A stretch of DNA of 61,643 bases from a virus. Location of the stretch: positions 1 to 61,643 of IMG/VR virus record IMGVR_UViG_3300034691_000060; one strand, written 5' to 3'. How positions within the stretch are numbered: position 1 is the stretch's first letter; each line of letters starts with the position of its first letter. A program made the translations under genes and the position numbers. The notes beneath the pieces were generated by a model. That model saw nothing but the letters and a program-made list of their open reading frames with translations, did not search any database and was not told the DNA's origin. Shown piece by piece: positions 7,667-16,521 of this stretch.

Positions 7667-8353
7667 ATGGGCGCGGAGAAAGAGGCCAACCTACTGAGCC
7701 ACCTGAAGGATTTCAGCTGGACCTACCACCGTCCGCTGGCCGAGACGGCGGAGGACGCCGAGCTGAAGCCCCAGACGCGGCTCCTGGTGTTGCTCCTGGC
7801 TACCCAGGGCACGGACGGGATCTCCCGCGTGTCGCAGAAGCGGATCGCCAAGGTGATGGGCAACTCGCAGCAGACGGTGTCGCGCTTGCTCATCGGCTTG
7901 TGCGACATCTCCCGGCCGCTGGTGGCTCGGGTGAGAGAGGGGCACGCGACCTACTACATGCTGGATCCGAGGCGGTTCTACCGCGGGCGTGGAGCGGCGG
8001 CGAATGCTCGAATCAAGCGGTTCTTGGCGCTATCGGGGGCAGACGAAAAGACGTTCGAAGAGCGGGTGAAGGTCATTCAGCAGAAGCGTTACGAAGAGAA
8101 GTACCCGTTCGATCAGCGTATCGAGGAGTCGCCAGGCGGGAGCGGCGGCAAGGTAGCCGTTGTGATCGACACGCGGGATGGGGAGGAGTTTGCCGAGTAC
8201 GCCCCAGAGGTCATCGGCAGCAAGCTGGTGTTGCTGACGCGGGAGGAGTTATGGGAGCGCTACGGGCCCGAGCGGCCTGGAATAGACGCCGGCCCCACCC
8301 CCGGCTACACTGAACCTGCCCTAGTTGAAAGCGAGGCGGCCGATGGCGAGTAG
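7667..8353 (+). CDS. winged-helix/MarR-like DNA-binding protein
   Basis: ATG at 7667 after GAGGACGGGA. The segment ISRVSQKRIAKVMGNSQQTVSRLLIGL looks like an HTH. Confidence 0.65.
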   Translation: MGAEKEANLLSHLKDFSWTYHRPLAETAEDAELKPQTRLLVLLLATQGTDGISRVSQKRIAKVMGNSQQTVSRLLIGLCDISRPLVARVREGHATYYMLDPRRFYRGRGAAANARIKRFLALSGADEKTFEERVKVIQQKRYEEKYPFDQRIEESPGGSGGKVAVVIDTRDGEEFAEYAPEVIGSKLVLLTREELWERYGPERPGIDAGPTPGYTEPALVESEAADGE

Positions 8354-8876
8354 CGACTTGGCGTTCCGGGTGTACGGCTTGCCCCGCTCCGGCACCAGCT
8401 GGGCGAGCGTGTGGCTGAGCCAGTGGCCGCTGGTGTGTCTGCACGACCCGTGCGAGCACATGGGGTGGGAGGAGATCGAGGTCTGGGCGCAGGCGTGCCG
8501 GGAGGACGGGAAGTTGCCGGGTATCTCGTGCACGGGCATGTGGATGCACCCGGATCACGACCCGAGCGTGCCGACGCTGCGGTTGGAGCGGCCGTTGGTG
8601 GAGATCGACTTGTCGCTGTGCCGGCTGGGGGTGCCGCGGTTGCCGCGGGCGATGGTCGAGCGGTTTAACGCGCTGCCCTACCCGATGCTGGCATGGACGG
8701 ACCTGTTCGATTCGAAGCGGGCGTGGAAAGTGTGGAAGGCGTTATTGGGCGAGCGGCTGCCGTTCGATGCCGATTGGCACCGCCGGCTGCGCCAGTTGCG
8801 CATCGTGCCGAGCGACGAAACGATTGAGCGGTTAAAGCGGACATTGCGGAGGGGCGAGTGGGCAGTCGCAGACTGA
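8343..8876 (+). CDS. hypothetical protein with a sulfotransferase-like PSB loop (GLPRSGTSW)
   Basis: N-terminal YGLPRSGTSW resembles the PKSGTTW/PRSGST 5'-phosphosulfate-binding loop and is not a Walker A (no GK[ST]). Function call is weak. Confidence 0.55.
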   Translation: MASSDLAFRVYGLPRSGTSWASVWLSQWPLVCLHDPCEHMGWEEIEVWAQACREDGKLPGISCTGMWMHPDHDPSVPTLRLERPLVEIDLSLCRLGVPRLPRAMVERFNALPYPMLAWTDLFDSKRAWKVWKALLGERLPFDADWHRRLRQLRIVPSDETIERLKRTLRRGEWAVAD

Positions 8877-9580
8877 AGGGGAAGGACCCGGACGACGGGA
8901 TCGAGCGTGGCGAGCCAGGGACCGGGTGGCGGTTGTCGGAGGAGCCGGTCGGGCTGGACGAAAAGTCAGGGGCGCCGATGTACCAAGAGGTGCGCTTCTG
9001 TGCCGCGGTGGACTGCGGGCGCCGGTTCGAGCTGGTGGTGAAGTTTGCCGGCGGCGGCGGGCAGCGGTATTGCTCGAAGGGGTGTCAGGATCGGCAGAAG
9101 TGGCGGCGCCAGAAAGCCCGGGAGGCGGAGGCGGAGCGTAACGGGACCACCACGGTGACCGTTGCGTCGGATGTGGCGCAGGCCCTTCCGCTCATGCGCA
9201 TCGAGGAGCGCAGCGAAGAACGCACTCTGGAGCTGGCGGCCATTCGCGAGCGCACTATTGCTCGGTCCGAGGAGGCGTTGACCAAGCTGGCGGCGCTCTC
9301 GGAGATCAAGATCGACCGAGTGGCGTTGCGGGCGGCGGTGTCGTTGATCGTGATCGAGGAGATCGAGCGCGCCCAAGATGTGTTGCAGGGGAGAGAGAAA
9401 TGGGACGGCGTGCAGGCGAAGGTCTTTCACGGGCTATTGGAGAGGGCGTTGCCGACGGCGCCGTCGGAGCGTGCGGTGGACAACCTGAAGTCCAGCGCCC
9501 GCCGCAAGTTAGACGACTTGTCGGTGGACGAGCTGGAGGCGATGCTGGCGGAGGAGGTCCCCGGGCGGGTCGTCGAGTGA
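8858..9580 (+). CDS. hypothetical protein: Cys4 zinc ribbon plus coiled coil (start uncertain)
   Basis: CAAVDCGRRF...YCSKGCQDR, then a long helical region. GTG start overlaps the upstream gene by 19 nt. Confidence 0.55.
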   Translation: MGSRRLKGKDPDDGIERGEPGTGWRLSEEPVGLDEKSGAPMYQEVRFCAAVDCGRRFELVVKFAGGGGQRYCSKGCQDRQKWRRQKAREAEAERNGTTTVTVASDVAQALPLMRIEERSEERTLELAAIRERTIARSEEALTKLAALSEIKIDRVALRAAVSLIVIEEIERAQDVLQGREKWDGVQAKVFHGLLERALPTAPSERAVDNLKSSARRKLDDLSVDELEAMLAEEVPGRVVE

Positions 9581-9783
9581 CCGAGGCCGAGGTCCTGCGT
9601 CGCGTACGCCGGGCGGCAGACGCAGCGGGAGGGCAGTCGGCGTGGGCCCGTCAGCTCGGGTGTTCGTCGGCCTTTGTCGGCGGGATTATCGACGGGCGGC
9701 GCGAGCCAAGCGGCAAGGTGCTGGCGGCGGTCGGGATCCGGGCGCAGTGGGTGAAGCACTTCGAGGAGGCGCCAGATGGGTGA
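9577..9783 (+). CDS. small HTH protein (68 aa)
   Basis: GTGA overlap start. GGQSAWARQLGCSSAFVGGII resembles a Cro/C1-type HTH. Confidence 0.5.
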   Translation: MTEAEVLRRVRRAADAAGGQSAWARQLGCSSAFVGGIIDGRREPSGKVLAAVGIRAQWVKHFEEAPDG

Positions 9784-9991
9784 CGTGGTGGTGCTCGATG
9801 TCGTTACGTCGCTGCCGCTCCCGCCGGACCGGGTCCTGGAAGCGGCACTGGGGAAGTTGCAGACCGTGGTGGTGATCGGCTACATGGAAGACGGCAACGA
9901 GTATTTCGCGTCGTCCGAGTCGGCGGGCCCCGAGGTACTGTGGCTGATGGAGCGGGCGAAGCTGAAGTTGTTGGAGATCGTCGATGGCTAG
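9776..9991 (+). CDS. hypothetical protein (71 aa)
   Basis: ORF overlapping the upstream stop. Confidence 0.5.
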   Translation: MGDVVVLDVVTSLPLPPDRVLEAALGKLQTVVVIGYMEDGNEYFASSESAGPEVLWLMERAKLKLLEIVDG

Positions 9992-10026
9992 GCAACATCG
10001 CCCCCTGCGGGGCGCGGATTGAAACG

Positions 10027-10239
10027 ATGGGTAGACCGGCACATTCGACGCTGTCGTTGGCGGACCTGGGCGAGGCGATGCGCGCGCTCGACCCGGCGTC
10101 TATTCCTTTAGATAAGCGCAAGCACGCGATCAAGCTGCGGCTGTTGGATCTGATGGGGCAGACCCTGGTCGATCCGGCCGAGCGGATGGTGGCTCGGGGC
10201 GCGTTGTTGCTGGAGCAAGAGGCGGAGGCCCGGCGGTGA
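10027..10239 (+). CDS. hypothetical protein (70 aa)
   Basis: MGRPAHSTLS.... ATG at 10027 within ORF 9940..10239. Confidence 0.5.
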   Translation: MGRPAHSTLSLADLGEAMRALDPASIPLDKRKHAIKLRLLDLMGQTLVDPAERMVARGALLLEQEAEARR

Positions 10240-10514
10240 GCAAACGGAAACTGGCGGAGCGGATGCGGGCGGCGGCCGACGAGATCGAGCGGCTGCAGGG
10301 CCCGATGAAGGCGGTCGAAGGCGAGCCGCCGCGCTGCGAGGGCTGGCGTCGTAACGGCGGCGCGTTCACCCTGGGCCCGGTCGAATGGCGTCAGTGCGAG
10401 AACCGAGCGATGGCGTTATTGACCACGGCTGATGGCGTGTTCCCCGCGTGCCGGGTGTGCTGGGCCGAAGCCGGCGCGTTGGACATCGAGATTCTGGAGG
10501 CCGTCGAGCTATGA
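10236..10514 (+). CDS. hypothetical protein (92 aa)
   Basis: ORF with overlapping junctions on both sides. Confidence 0.55.
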   Translation: MSKRKLAERMRAAADEIERLQGPMKAVEGEPPRCEGWRRNGGAFTLGPVEWRQCENRAMALLTTADGVFPACRVCWAEAGALDIEILEAVEL

Positions 10515-10693
10515 GGGAGCGGCTGCGCCAATGGCGGCATCGGGTGTCCCACTGGCTCGGTTGGAACGAGGGCGATGTGGTGGTCTGGCCCGACGGCAAG
10601 GGCGGCTACCGGGTGGGGTTCCGCTGCGACGTTTGCGGCAAAGTGGACGGAGAGGACGATTGCTTCCCAATCGACCGAGAATCCCATGAGTGA
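10511..10693 (+). CDS. hypothetical protein (60 aa)
   Basis: MRERLRQWRH.... ATGA overlap start. Ends 8 nt inside terL. Confidence 0.5.
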   Translation: MRERLRQWRHRVSHWLGWNEGDVVVWPDGKGGYRVGFRCDVCGKVDGEDDCFPIDRESHE

Positions 10694-12617
10694 CTCCCGC
10701 GAGGCGGTGTTGCGGCGGGTGTTGGCGCTCAAGACGGCGCGCGAATCGTTCCCCGGGTATGTCCGACTGCGGCACCCGGACTGGAAGCTTCAGCCGTTTC
10801 ACCACGAGCTGGCGAATGCGTTGGACGCCATCGGCAAGGGCGAGCTGGTGGGGGACGACGGGCAGCCGGTGACCAACATCCTGGTCAATATGCCGCCGCG
10901 TTTCGGCAAATCGGAATACTGTACGAAGCTCTTCCCCGCCTGGTATCTCGGGCGCGACCCCCGCCGGCATGTCATGAGCGTGTCCTACAACGCGGTGCTG
11001 GCCCGCGACTTCGGGCGCGAGGTTCGCGAGTCGATGATGAAGCCGCCGACCAGGCAGGTGTTCCCGGATCTGGAGCTGGCGCTGGGTGCGCGTTCGGCCG
11101 ATGCGCTGACCACCACCCGCGGCGGGCATTACTTTTCCATCGGGTTGCGGGCCACGACCTCCGGGCGGCCGGCGACCTGTTTCGTGGGCGACACCCCCGT
11201 GGCCACGCCCCAGGGTCCGGTACCGATTCGCGATCTGCGGGTGGGCGACCGGGTGTTCGGCTACGACCACGCGACCAAGCAGATGGCGGTAGAGACGGTG
11301 GTGGCGACGCAGAAGACGCTGCGCCAGGCCATCGATGCCGGGCCTTTCCGCTGCACCGCGGACCATCCGATCTGGGACACCGAGGCGAGTTACGTGCCGG
11401 CCCGGTTGGCGTTGTTCGCGCAAGACATGGCCGGGGCCAAGGTGGCGTTACTGCGGGCCAAGCCGGTCGAGCCGAAGGATGTCGAGGTGTGGGACATCCA
11501 GGTCTCGCGGGTGAGCAACTTCTACGCCGGCACCCCGGCGGTGCTGGTCTCCAACTGCCTGATCGTCGACGACCCGCACAAGTCCAGAGCCGACGTGCGC
11601 TCGAAGTCGGCGCGCGACGACATGTGGAGCTACTACACGTCCGCCTTGGACGCCCGCCTGCAGCCGGACGACAGCGGGCTGCCGCCGATTCGTGTCGTGG
11701 TCTCCACCCGCTGGAGCCCGGACGACTTCAGCGCTCGCATCATGCAGACCGACTCGTGGGAACGCGGCGAGTGGTTCCACCTGTGCTACCCGGCGATTCT
11801 GGACGACGCCTCGCGGACGGTGCTGTGGCCCGAGCGCTTCCCCTACGAAGTGCTCGCCGACAAGCGCAAGCTCGACCCGTTGGAGTTCTCGGCCCTGTAT
11901 CAGCAGCAGCCCTATGTCGAAGGCGGCGAGATCCTGCGCTCCGAGTGGTGGAAGTGGTATTCGGACGAGCATGTCCCGGCCACCTTCGCGATGGTCATCA
12001 TCGTCGCCGACACCGCCATCAAGGGCGACGAGCTGGCCGACTTCTCGGTCTTCCAGGCCTGGGGGCTGTGCGCCGACGGCAATGTGTTCCTGCTCGACCA
12101 GCATCGGGAGCGGATGGAGTTCCCCGACCTGAAGCGCCGGCTGCCGTCGTTCTGTGCGCGCTGGCGTGGGCGTGGGCTGCGCGGTGTCTACATCGAGGAC
12201 ATGGCCAGCGGCAGTGCCCTGGTGCAGGAGCTGAAGCGCGAGACCAGCCTGCCGATCCTGCCGTGGCGTTCGTTCAAGGACAAAGTCATGCGTGCCAACA
12301 CGGTGTCGCCGTTGATCGAATCCGGCCGGGTGTTCCTGCCGTCGAAGGAACCGTGGTCGCTCGGGTTCGTGCGCGAGTGCGAGCAATTCCCCAACGGACC
12401 CAACGACGATCAGGTCGACTGCGCCACGATGGCGCTGGATGTCCTCACCCGCGTGGCCTTGCCGTCGAGCTTCGCCGTGGAGATGGGCGAGTCGTTACTG
12501 GAGGAATACAACCGCTCGCGCGAGCTGGTGGTCGGCAAGCAGGGATCGCTGGCGCAGCAGCAAAAGCTCAAGGGCAGCGTCTGGGCGACCCATACGTGGA
12601 AAGGTTGGGGCCAGTAA
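10686..12617 (+). CDS. terL: terminase large subunit, interrupted by a mini-intein
   Basis: Walker A PRFGKSE. Walker B LIVDDPHKS immediately after the intein. C-terminal nuclease-like region. Position is upstream of the portal gene. Confidence 0.9.
   Translation: MSDSREAVLRRVLALKTARESFPGYVRLRHPDWKLQPFHHELANALDAIGKGELVGDDGQPVTNILVNMPPRFGKSEYCTKLFPAWYLGRDPRRHVMSVSYNAVLARDFGREVRESMMKPPTRQVFPDLELALGARSADALTTTRGGHYFSIGLRATTSGRPATCFVGDTPVATPQGPVPIRDLRVGDRVFGYDHATKQMAVETVVATQKTLRQAIDAGPFRCTADHPIWDTEASYVPARLALFAQDMAGAKVALLRAKPVEPKDVEVWDIQVSRVSNFYAGTPAVLVSNCLIVDDPHKSRADVRSKSARDDMWSYYTSALDARLQPDDSGLPPIRVVVSTRWSPDDFSARIMQTDSWERGEWFHLCYPAILDDASRTVLWPERFPYEVLADKRKLDPLEFSALYQQQPYVEGGEILRSEWWKWYSDEHVPATFAMVIIVADTAIKGDELADFSVFQAWGLCADGNVFLLDQHRERMEFPDLKRRLPSFCARWRGRGLRGVYIEDMASGSALVQELKRETSLPILPWRSFKDKVMRANTVSPLIESGRVFLPSKEPWSLGFVRECEQFPNGPNDDQVDCATMALDVLTRVALPSSFAVEMGESLLEEYNRSRELVVGKQGSLAQQQKLKGSVWATHTWKGWGQ
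11178..11555 (+). mobile_element. 126-aa mini-intein (Hint domain) in terL, just before Walker B
   Basis: Begins CFVGDTPV (Cys1). TxxH block TADH. Ends VLVSN followed by +1 Cys (NCLIVDDP). No homing-endonuclease domain. Confidence 0.8.
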
Positions 12618-12651
12618 GCCATACTTGCCTGCAAAATCACCGGGGCGAACG

Positions 12652-14505
12652 ATGGCCGACTACCTGATAGCGAACCTTTCGGATCACCTCGATGCGTTGC
12701 TGAATTACGAAGACATCGCGGTACGGCTGACGGACGAGCAGCACAGCCGAATCGTCGAATACGTCCGCGCCTGCCACACGATGTCGTTCCGCAAAGTCCG
12801 CGGGCGCTATGACCACTGGAAAGAAGCCGACCGCGCCCACGACTGTTACGTCCCCGCCGACTCCACCGACTTTCGCGAGAAAGCGGTTATCCCCGACACC
12901 CGAGCGATTACCGACACCGTCCTGACCTACATGATGGCGGCGCTCGCCGGCCGGAATCCGATGTTCCAGCTGGAGGGGTTGAATCGAAAGTCCCGCAAGC
13001 AGGCGATGATCCTCGAACGCATTCTCCACCAGGGGATGCGCCGCACGGCCGGCGAGGCCCGGATCGCTCAGCTCTTGCTCGACTCCATCCGCTACGGGTT
13101 TGCGCCGACCAAGTGCCTGTGGCTGCCTAACCGCAACCAGAACTTCATCTCGAACTTCGATCCCCGCCGCGCCTTCCCGGATCCCCGGGTGACCTGGGGC
13201 GACTGGGAGCGGATGCAGTTCATCGTCTTCTCCGACACCACCAGCTACGCCGAGCTGTACGCCTCGGGCCAGTATCCCTACGTCAACGAGCATCCGGAGC
13301 TGCGCGAAGAGCGGGCGTCGCGGGGGACCTGGGAGGGGCACGACTGGCACAAGGAAGCCGGCCGCGGGTTGTCCATCGATCCCAACGACAACACCCAGGG
13401 CACCGGCCACTTCTCGCTCGGCAACAACCGCTGGGTCGACGAAGCCTGGCTGCGCGTGGGCGGTTACGAGATCGGGGCCGACCAGATTCACAGCCTCTGG
13501 CTGGAATGCACGGTGCTCGACGAGAAGAAAGTCGTGTCGTTACGGCTCAACCCGTACGGTCGCCAATTCCCGACCGTCATCGGCGGGATGTTCTTCGACA
13601 CCCACAAGACCTATTCCGAGAGCCTGTACGACCTGATGCTCCCGCTGCACGACATTGCCACCTGGCTGTTGCGCTCCCGGGTGGACAACGTCCAGGCGGC
13701 CCTCAACAACCTGATCTTCGTGGACCCGCTTCAGGTCTCCATCCCCGACCTGATCGACCGCAACCCGTGGGGCGTGGTGCGCATGAGCCCCGGGGCCAAG
13801 GCGGGCGACGGGGTCTACGTGGCCGCCATTCCCGACGTGACCCGTGGGCATTGGAACGACATCGCCGCGTTGTCGGATATGAAGCAGCGCCTGTCCGCCG
13901 CCTCCGATGCGCAGCAAGGGATTCCGACGCCCGATGTCCGGACCGCCACCGAGATCCAGCGCCTGACCCAGCTCGGCAGCCAGCGCCTGGGCATGATGTC
14001 GCGGGTGTTCTCGGCGACCACCTTGCGCCCCTTGGTCCGGATGATGACCTCGAATATCCAAGACGCCCTGTCCCATAGCGGATCGGTGCGCATGTCCGAG
14101 GACCAAGTCCCCGGGGCGCTGGCCGGCTCGGTCCAGGACGGCTACCTCGACTACGATGTGCAGGATCTGCAAGGCGAGATCGATTACCTGGTCATCGACG
14201 GCACCCTGCCGTTGGAGCCCAGCCGCGACGCCAACAGCTGGATGTCCGTCCTGCAGGTGCTGAACCAGACCGGCATGATCATGGAGTTCCGCGCCGACAA
14301 GATCGTGGAAGAAGCCATCCGCGCCATGGGCGTGACCGACATCGATCAATACCGCATCGGCAAGGAGGAGCAGGGCCAAGGGGCGAAGCCGCACCAACAA
14401 CTGGCGCTGATGGAAAAATCCAGGGGCGCGTCGGTGCAACCCAACGAGCAGGTCCAGAAGGAAGTCGAGAAAGGCAACCTCGTATCCATTGGGAGCCGCC
14501 GATGA
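12652..14505 (+). CDS. portal protein
   Basis: 617 aa, immediately after terL. ATG at 12652. Confidence 0.8.
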   Translation: MADYLIANLSDHLDALLNYEDIAVRLTDEQHSRIVEYVRACHTMSFRKVRGRYDHWKEADRAHDCYVPADSTDFREKAVIPDTRAITDTVLTYMMAALAGRNPMFQLEGLNRKSRKQAMILERILHQGMRRTAGEARIAQLLLDSIRYGFAPTKCLWLPNRNQNFISNFDPRRAFPDPRVTWGDWERMQFIVFSDTTSYAELYASGQYPYVNEHPELREERASRGTWEGHDWHKEAGRGLSIDPNDNTQGTGHFSLGNNRWVDEAWLRVGGYEIGADQIHSLWLECTVLDEKKVVSLRLNPYGRQFPTVIGGMFFDTHKTYSESLYDLMLPLHDIATWLLRSRVDNVQAALNNLIFVDPLQVSIPDLIDRNPWGVVRMSPGAKAGDGVYVAAIPDVTRGHWNDIAALSDMKQRLSAASDAQQGIPTPDVRTATEIQRLTQLGSQRLGMMSRVFSATTLRPLVRMMTSNIQDALSHSGSVRMSEDQVPGALAGSVQDGYLDYDVQDLQGEIDYLVIDGTLPLEPSRDANSWMSVLQVLNQTGMIMEFRADKIVEEAIRAMGVTDIDQYRIGKEEQGQGAKPHQQLALMEKSRGASVQPNEQVQKEVEKGNLVSIGSRR

Positions 14506-15659
14506 GCAACGTCTCGAATCTCACCCGGCCGCGGGCGGAGCAGGTCTCGTTCAAGTCCGCACGCACCGGCGCGCATGGGCTGGACGATTATCTGGAGCAG
14601 TGCGAGCTGGGCGACCGGACGGTGCCGGACCTGTTGGCGGAGTTGCTCGACGCCCGCGGCGTGGTGCGCCCCGACCTCCTGATCTTCCGCACCAACCCGG
14701 CCTCGCCGTCCGTTCTCGAATACCGCATCGGCACCGACGCCTCCGCCCCGTGGCAGGTGGCGACCGATCTCTCCGGCATCATCGGCACCTTCAGCTTCAC
14801 GATGGGCATCCCCGGCCAGGGCGGCAAGCCGGCGCTGGCGTCCGTCGTCAACACGATGATCTTCGGCCAGCACCCGCACGTGACAGCCGGCGCCCTGAAC
14901 ATCCCGCCGCACGCCCGGGTCATGTTCCTGTTCGACGGGGTGACCTACGAGTGGGTGGGCCCCGACAACGTGAACCTCGGGCTGTCCGGCGACTACACCG
15001 CGCGGGTGTCCGACTTCCTGTTCCTGTTCGACGCCCGCAGCCTGGTGCGAGTCGGGGCGATCAACCAGACCTTGCAGTATGTGGCGACCGCGGGGCAGAC
15101 CGTGCAGTCGCTGGCGGTGCCGGACCAGTTCGGCAAGACCTACACCCTGGCCGCCATCGATCCGTTCGACGCCGTGACCCTGGTCCTCAACGGCGTGACC
15201 CTGGCGCTGGACGACAGCAGCGGCGCGGTGGGGGACTGGCGCCCGGTCACCGCGAACAACACCGTGGTCTTCACGGCGCCGTTACAGGACGGAGACGAGA
15301 TCCAGATCGAGCTGGTGCCGCCCCCGGAAGTGAAGCAGCTGGGCGCGACGCTCAACGGAGCGACCCTGCTCGAATCGCTCGACACCGACTGGGACGGCTC
15401 GGTCACCGGCACCGCGGGAACCACTGGCTTGCAGGACGGCACCCGAACCTCGTTCCGCCTGTTCGTCATGGTGGGGCAGACGCCCACGCCCATGACCCTG
15501 TCCGAACCGGCGCACATCGCGTTCTTCGTCGACGGGGTTCGGCAGCGCCCGACTTTCGATTACTCCATGGCCTCCGGGGTCGTGACCTTCGCCCAGCCGC
15601 CGCGCGCCGATGCCGCGACCTGGGGGCTCTACTATCCGTTCGGGACCCCCACGCCATGA
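14502..15659 (+). CDS. virion protein with T7-tail-fibre-N-terminal-like beta repeats
   Basis: Repeat pattern Q..Q......Y.L......V.LNGV.L.....W.......V.F..PL..GD.I.I, in the structural block. Confidence 0.65.
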   Translation: MSNVSNLTRPRAEQVSFKSARTGAHGLDDYLEQCELGDRTVPDLLAELLDARGVVRPDLLIFRTNPASPSVLEYRIGTDASAPWQVATDLSGIIGTFSFTMGIPGQGGKPALASVVNTMIFGQHPHVTAGALNIPPHARVMFLFDGVTYEWVGPDNVNLGLSGDYTARVSDFLFLFDARSLVRVGAINQTLQYVATAGQTVQSLAVPDQFGKTYTLAAIDPFDAVTLVLNGVTLALDDSSGAVGDWRPVTANNTVVFTAPLQDGDEIQIELVPPPEVKQLGATLNGATLLESLDTDWDGSVTGTAGTTGLQDGTRTSFRLFVMVGQTPTPMTLSEPAHIAFFVDGVRQRPTFDYSMASGVVTFAQPPRADAATWGLYYPFGTPTP

Positions 15660-16516
15660 CCGCACGCGTCCAGACCGACCGACTCGACACCGCGGGCCAG
15701 GTGCCGGCAACCGGCAGCCCGCCCGGGACCCTGCACGCCAATCTCCCCGACCGCCAGCTGTTCGCGTCCTCCGCCGCCAAGGTGGCCGAGCCGTTGCTGA
15801 GCGTGCGGTTCTTCGATGTGCGCTCCGTCTACAAGAAGGACGACATCGTGGCCACGCTGGGGATGCTGGCGGTTGCGCTGTCCGACCAGGGTCCGGGTGC
15901 GTTCGACCCGGCGCAGTGGGCCGCCATCGTGCCGGGGGACGGGCGCTACCTGTTGCTGACCGGGGGCACGCTGACCGGTCCCTTGATCGTGCCGACGCCG
16001 ACGCTGGACACCCAGGTTGCCACGCTGGGGGCGGCGCGGGCCTTGGTCGGGGTCGCGGTGTTCTCCTCGGTGAAGACTTACGTCAAGGACGCGCTGGTCT
16101 CCGTCGGCGACGGGAATGTCTACCGGGCCAAGGGGGTCATCTCGCCGGGCGCCTTCAACCCGTCGCAGTGGCTGGCGTTCGGCGCCGGGGTCTACCTGCC
16201 GCTGACGGGCGGGACCTTGCTCGGACAACTGACGATCCCTCCGGCGACGGCGCCCGATCATGCCGTGACCCGCAGCCAGGTCGAGACGCTGATTGCGCAG
16301 AACGAGATGCCCATCGGGGCGGTCGTGGACTTCGCCATGCCGACCGCGCCGGAGGGCTGGCTGTCGTTACAGTCCACCGTGCGCAATGTCTCGCGCGGAA
16401 CCTACGGCGCCCTGTACCAGGTCATCGGGACGCTCTACGGGCCTGGCGACGGCAGCACGACCTTCGGGCTCCCGCCGCGTAGCAGCCCGCCCTTCTACCC
16501 CTGCATCAGGTACTGA
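15656..16516 (+). CDS. tail fibre protein with a C-terminal phage tail-collar domain
   Basis: LTGGTLTGPL fibre motifs. C-terminus PIGAVVDFA..PEGWL...YGALYQVIGTLYGPGDGSTTFGLP matches the tail-collar pattern. Confidence 0.8.
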   Translation: MTARVQTDRLDTAGQVPATGSPPGTLHANLPDRQLFASSAAKVAEPLLSVRFFDVRSVYKKDDIVATLGMLAVALSDQGPGAFDPAQWAAIVPGDGRYLLLTGGTLTGPLIVPTPTLDTQVATLGAARALVGVAVFSSVKTYVKDALVSVGDGNVYRAKGVISPGAFNPSQWLAFGAGVYLPLTGGTLLGQLTIPPATAPDHAVTRSQVETLIAQNEMPIGAVVDFAMPTAPEGWLSLQSTVRNVSRGTYGALYQVIGTLYGPGDGSTTFGLPPRSSPPFYPCIRY

Positions 16517-16521
16517 GCGCC

